DNA of 64,000 nucleotides from an uncultured Alphaproteobacteria bacterium (GTDB lineage Bacteria; Pseudomonadota; Alphaproteobacteria; JAJTHO01; G963706365): NCBI GenBank assembly GCA_963706365.1, contig OY970150.1, positions 1,338,788 to 1,402,787 of the forward strand, read 5' to 3'. Shown piece by piece: positions 60,414 to 64,000 of this stretch (position 1 is its first letter; each line of letters starts with the position of its first letter). The notes under the pieces were generated by a model. It saw only the letters and a program-made list of their open reading frames with translations, ran no database searches and was not told where the DNA came from. The position numbers and the translations under genes were made by a program.

Positions 60414-63400
60414 GTGTTCCACAAGGGCTATCTGGAACGGCTTTCCCAAACTGCCGATATTGCGCTGGTGGCGGATAATTCCATTACCATTAATGACCTA
60501 ACAGCCAATGGCGGTGATGGCGTGCTGGCCTTAAGTGCCGGGCGGAATCTATCGCTGACCACCACCACCGGCAACATCACCATGCTGAATACTGCCAATA
60601 CGTTGCGCACCAACGGCGGCACGATTACCGCCAGTGCCGGGGGCAGCCTTACCCTGGGCAATCTGGATACCACGGGCAATGGTGCCACGGCCACCGGGGC
60701 GGCAATCTCTCTAACCGGCAGCAGCCTGACACTGGGCGGCAATATCCAAACCGGCACCAGCGGCAGCTTATTAGCCCGCAGCACCACCGGCAACCTCACC
60801 ACCACCGCTGCCCTCAACGGCCTGCAAGGCGCTGCCCTGTTCAAAAGCGCCAACAACCTGACCATCAGCGGCGGCAACATCACCGCCAGCACCGGCAGCA
60901 ACCCCTACACCTTCCTAGCCCAAGGCGACATCACCTTCCTAAGCTCCGTGCAACACGGCGGCAGTGGGGATCTAAATGTAGTGGCCGGTTGGGATGGCAC
61001 CACGGAAGCGAGTGCCACGCCTGCTACGTTTAATATGGCGAATATTCTGGCGCAGCCCGTGGCCACCACCACGATTTATGGACAGGATAATGATGGCGCG
61101 GGGGGGAATACGGGAAGTGTGTTTGTTAATACGGCCAGTGGGGTTCAGGGTGTTAGTGTTGGTAGTCGTTACAGCACAACAACAGTTGCTTCTAACAATT
61201 TAACTATTAATGGAGCTAACAGTTTAGGTTTTGATGCAAGATTAGGCTATAAAATAAGTAATGCAGGCAATCAATTAGCCAATGGCAATATTAGTGCATT
61301 TGCGAAAGGTGACTTGGCTTTAAATGGTGGTTCTGGTGCTAGTGCAAACGTGCAAATTGGCCATGGAAACAATTTTTGTACCGGAGGTTGCTCAGGAACA
61401 TCTGGAAATAACATGCAAGGTGATATTAGCTTAATTGCGAATTCACTAGCTATGAATGCAGGGTTAGTAGGAATAAGATCTAATGTTCAGATTGGGCATG
61501 GTGGTCGACAAGTTAATGGTGGTCAAACAGGCAATATATCTATTTCTTTAACCAATGACCTGGATATGACACCAGGTAGTGCAGAGAGCTGGCTACAAAT
61601 AGGACACGGCGGCTTTCAGGCTACTGGTACACACAATGGAAATATCAATATTTCTGGGAACAATATTGAGGTTATAGGGGCACTTACTGCTGGAAATGCC
61701 TATGCGCTGATAGGACACTATAACAACTCCACAAACACCAGCAGTGGTAATATTATTATATCTGCTACTGGTGAGTTGAGTATTGTAGATGGTGCTAGCA
61801 CCAGTAGTTTTGCTTCTATTGGGCATTTGGGTATACTTTCCAATGCCAATGTCCTCATTAAATCCGCTGGCTTGGATTTTGAGGATGATACGCCTGGCAC
61901 AAGTTTTTTCCTTAATAACACGAATTTTGCTTCTCGTATGGCGGCAAATTTAGCAGGGGGGGATGTAACGCTTGCTAAGCTTGGCGGTAGTGGTCTTGGC
62001 ATCGGTGCACCTATTATAGCGACTGGTACTGTTGGTAGGCTTTCCCTCTTAGCAAGCAATCACATAGGTATTGATAGAACTGTTGATACAGCAAATGGCC
62101 AGTTTTTTGCAATAAGTCGTTGGAATACAGCTACAGGTTTAAATAGTGATGGATCTGTTAACTTAAACACCATTCGTACTGATACTGCTTTTCAAAATAG
62201 ACCTATAACTATTAATTCTAATGGCTCAATCACCTCTAACTATAACGGCGATGCTATAATACTTGTTGCTAACGGGGGAATTGTAAACAACAATAGCAAT
62301 GTGCTTTCCACCCCTAATGGCCGTCATTTAGTCTATTCTACCAATCCGGCTAATGACACATTAGGCGGAATCGTCCGCGCCAACAAACGCTATAACATTA
62401 ACTACGGCGATGATATAGCTGCCTTTTCTGGCAGTCATTTCTTTTATTCCATCGCCCCCACGTTAACCCTGACAGCCGATAGCCAAAGCTATACCTATAA
62501 CAGCACGGCCAGCCAGTTTGATAATACTGCCTATAGCGCCAGCGGCTTTATTGATGGGGATACGTTATCAGCTTTATCTGGAGTGGCAACACTCTCTGCA
62601 ACAGATAAGATCAATGTCGGCAACCGCGATATTTCAATAGCGGTGGGTAGTCTGGCCGGTTTGGGGTATGGCATTGTTACTGATAACACCCCTACCAATG
62701 AACTAACCATCAATAAAGCGGCTTTAACACTTACCGCTAATGCCAACCAACGCAAAGTCTATGGCGATGCTGACCCTGCCAGTTATGGCTATAGCATAAC
62801 CAGTGGCACCCTGTTTGGCAGTGATACGCTGAGTGGTGCACTGGCTAGAGTGAGTGGCGAAAATGCAGGCTTATATGCCATCAACCAGGGTAGCTTAACA
62901 GCGGGTAGTAATTATAGTCTTAGCTATAACAGTGCTGATTTTGAGATTAGCAAAGCCTTACTAACCCTAACCCCCACCGCCCAAAGCTACACCTATAACG
63001 CTAGTAACAATCAGTTTAACAATACAGCGTATACCTTAAGCGGTTTTAAGCTCAGCGATACCGCCAGTGTTGTATCGGGTAGTGGTCTTGTTTCAGCCAG
63101 TGACAAAGTCAATGCAGGCACCAGAGATATTACGGCCAGCACCGGCACGCTCAATGCCAGTAACTACAGCTTTATCGCCAATACGCTAAACAATGGCCTG
63201 GGCATTGCCAAAGCGAATCTAACCATTGCTGTGAATGATGCCAGCCGCCAGGTTGGGCAGGCGAATCCGAACTTTACGTATCTGGTTACCGGTTTGAAGG
63301 GCAGTGATGATGAACGGGTTATCAACAATCTTAACCTTGCAACACCCGCCAGCCTCAACAGTCCTGCCGGCAGTTATGCCATCACCGCCAAGGATGGCAC

Positions 63401-63773
63401 GGCCAGAAACTATAGCTTTGTTTATAATGATGGCAGGCTAACCCTGTTACCTGTTGCTATACCCGCTCGGCCAATCAGCAGCGGCTTTAAACTGCCTGAT
63501 ACGGTGGCGCAAGTAAGCCAGGGCGTTACACAAGGTTTAGCCAATAACCTAGCCACCGCGCAACGCAATATCCTGAACAACACCAACTTCAGAACACAGC
63601 CTTACACCGCAGCGTCTATCATCAATAATACCGCCGCTGCCACCATCATCCCTATTCTCGATACGACCCTCCCCACAGAATCCTCTGTATTCTCAAACCA
63701 GGGCATCTACCTAACCATGCACCCCGACCTTGCTAATATCCTGGGCTATAAAGGCGATTTTATTCGGTATTAA
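60414..63773 (+). CDS. C-terminal 1119 codons of the same TpsA-type adhesin (beta-helical repeats plus MBG-like repeats); probably no independent start
   Basis: Long open frame beginning at a GTG directly after the decayed region. Repetitive ..GNITM../..GNLTT.. beta-helix segments. Three repeats of the type ..INKAALTLTANANQRKVYGDADP..GALARVSGENAGLYAI..NYSLSYN.. (MBG-like). Confidence 0.7.
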   Translation: MFHKGYLERLSQTADIALVADNSITINDLTANGGDGVLALSAGRNLSLTTTTGNITMLNTANTLRTNGGTITASAGGSLTLGNLDTTGNGATATGAAISLTGSSLTLGGNIQTGTSGSLLARSTTGNLTTTAALNGLQGAALFKSANNLTISGGNITASTGSNPYTFLAQGDITFLSSVQHGGSGDLNVVAGWDGTTEASATPATFNMANILAQPVATTTIYGQDNDGAGGNTGSVFVNTASGVQGVSVGSRYSTTTVASNNLTINGANSLGFDARLGYKISNAGNQLANGNISAFAKGDLALNGGSGASANVQIGHGNNFCTGGCSGTSGNNMQGDISLIANSLAMNAGLVGIRSNVQIGHGGRQVNGGQTGNISISLTNDLDMTPGSAESWLQIGHGGFQATGTHNGNINISGNNIEVIGALTAGNAYALIGHYNNSTNTSSGNIIISATGELSIVDGASTSSFASIGHLGILSNANVLIKSAGLDFEDDTPGTSFFLNNTNFASRMAANLAGGDVTLAKLGGSGLGIGAPIIATGTVGRLSLLASNHIGIDRTVDTANGQFFAISRWNTATGLNSDGSVNLNTIRTDTAFQNRPITINSNGSITSNYNGDAIILVANGGIVNNNSNVLSTPNGRHLVYSTNPANDTLGGIVRANKRYNINYGDDIAAFSGSHFFYSIAPTLTLTADSQSYTYNSTASQFDNTAYSASGFIDGDTLSALSGVATLSATDKINVGNRDISIAVGSLAGLGYGIVTDNTPTNELTINKAALTLTANANQRKVYGDADPASYGYSITSGTLFGSDTLSGALARVSGENAGLYAINQGSLTAGSNYSLSYNSADFEISKALLTLTPTAQSYTYNASNNQFNNTAYTLSGFKLSDTASVVSGSGLVSASDKVNAGTRDITASTGTLNASNYSFIANTLNNGLGIAKANLTIAVNDASRQVGQANPNFTYLVTGLKGSDDERVINNLNLATPASLNSPAGSYAITAKDGTARNYSFVYNDGRLTLLPVAIPARPISSGFKLPDTVAQVSQGVTQGLANNLATAQRNILNNTNFRTQPYTAASIINNTAAATIIPILDTTLPTESSVFSNQGIYLTMHPDLANILGYKGDFIRY

Positions 63774-63807
63774 TATGTTCAGAACGCGCCTTGATGCATC
63801 AAGGAAC

Positions 63808-64000
63808 TAAGAGCTTACCCCAAAACCCACGCACAAGTTGAATTTCGTCTTTTTCGCTGCAAATTCCTTTGAAAAAGATACGAAATAGCCCGCTATTCCG
63901 CCCTTTCCCAAAGAAATTTTCGCAGAAAAATACTTCTTTCAACTTATACGTTGGTGTTCATTCCTGTAAAAGTTCAATACCTAGTTAATCCCCAAAGCTG
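63808..64000 (+). repeat. Family-2 palindromic repeat, long copy (runs to window edge)
   Basis: TAAGAGCTTACCCCAAAACCCACGCACAAGTTGAATTTCGTCTTTTTCGCTGCAA.. matches 51098-51152. The interior forms a long imperfect hairpin (CAAGTTGAATTTCGTCTTTTTCGCTGCAAATTCCTTTG versus CAAAGAAATTTTCGCAGAAAAATACTTCTTTCAACTTAT). Confidence 0.75.

Noticed and set aside
60428-60901. 157-aa minus-strand ORF and other antisense ORFs within the FHA tail (61593-62059, 62531-62755, 63164-63358)
   Set aside because: They are G+C-rich antisense frames of a repetitive gene with Leu/Pro/Arg/Val-rich translations and no signals.

Overview
64-kb chromosomal segment of a moderately AT-rich alphaproteobacterium. Gene content and order (ppdK, a 17-kDa-antigen-type lipoprotein, dispersed ccm and sdh genes, ispE-TPR, trmD-rplS-leuC, DUF1476) suggest a host-associated Rickettsiales/Holosporales-like lineage; this is inference only. 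Most of the window is tightly packed, intact housekeeping genes: mnmA, ccmA, galE, ispE, sdhB, ppdK, glk, bioD, purH, ftsH, ccmH, rpmJ, ribF, lipB, rnhB, pyrG, secG, trmD, rplS, leuC, gltA, rimM, murC, fbaB-type aldolase and glmS. No rRNA, tRNA or CRISPR array was recognised by eye. Accessory or unusual content: (1) a translationally coupled ABC-HlyD-TolC triad whose ABC protein has lost every ATPase motif; (2) a four-gene ECF sigma operon led by a secreted His/Arg-rich protein and a secreted EF-hand protein, convergent with an 875-aa secreted protein carrying three novel tandem modules; (3) a large, G+C-richer filamentous-haemagglutinin (TpsA) gene with no adjacent TpsB. Its N-terminal 2.6 kb is broken by many frameshifts and by three short C-rich or palindromic insertions whose removal restores frame; (4) at least two families of about 110-190-bp palindromic (MITE/RPE-like) repeats, plus an 11-mer TTAGAGCTTAC that recurs at gene 3' ends and supplies three stop codons; (5) a Tn3-family transposase remnant with an AT-rich orphan gene; (6) a YjbH/GfcD-type capsule-export gene with two single-base frameshifts; (7) an orphan VirB6/TrbL-like membrane protein inside a housekeeping operon. 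All functional calls rest on motif recognition in the translated ORFs; no database search was possible.
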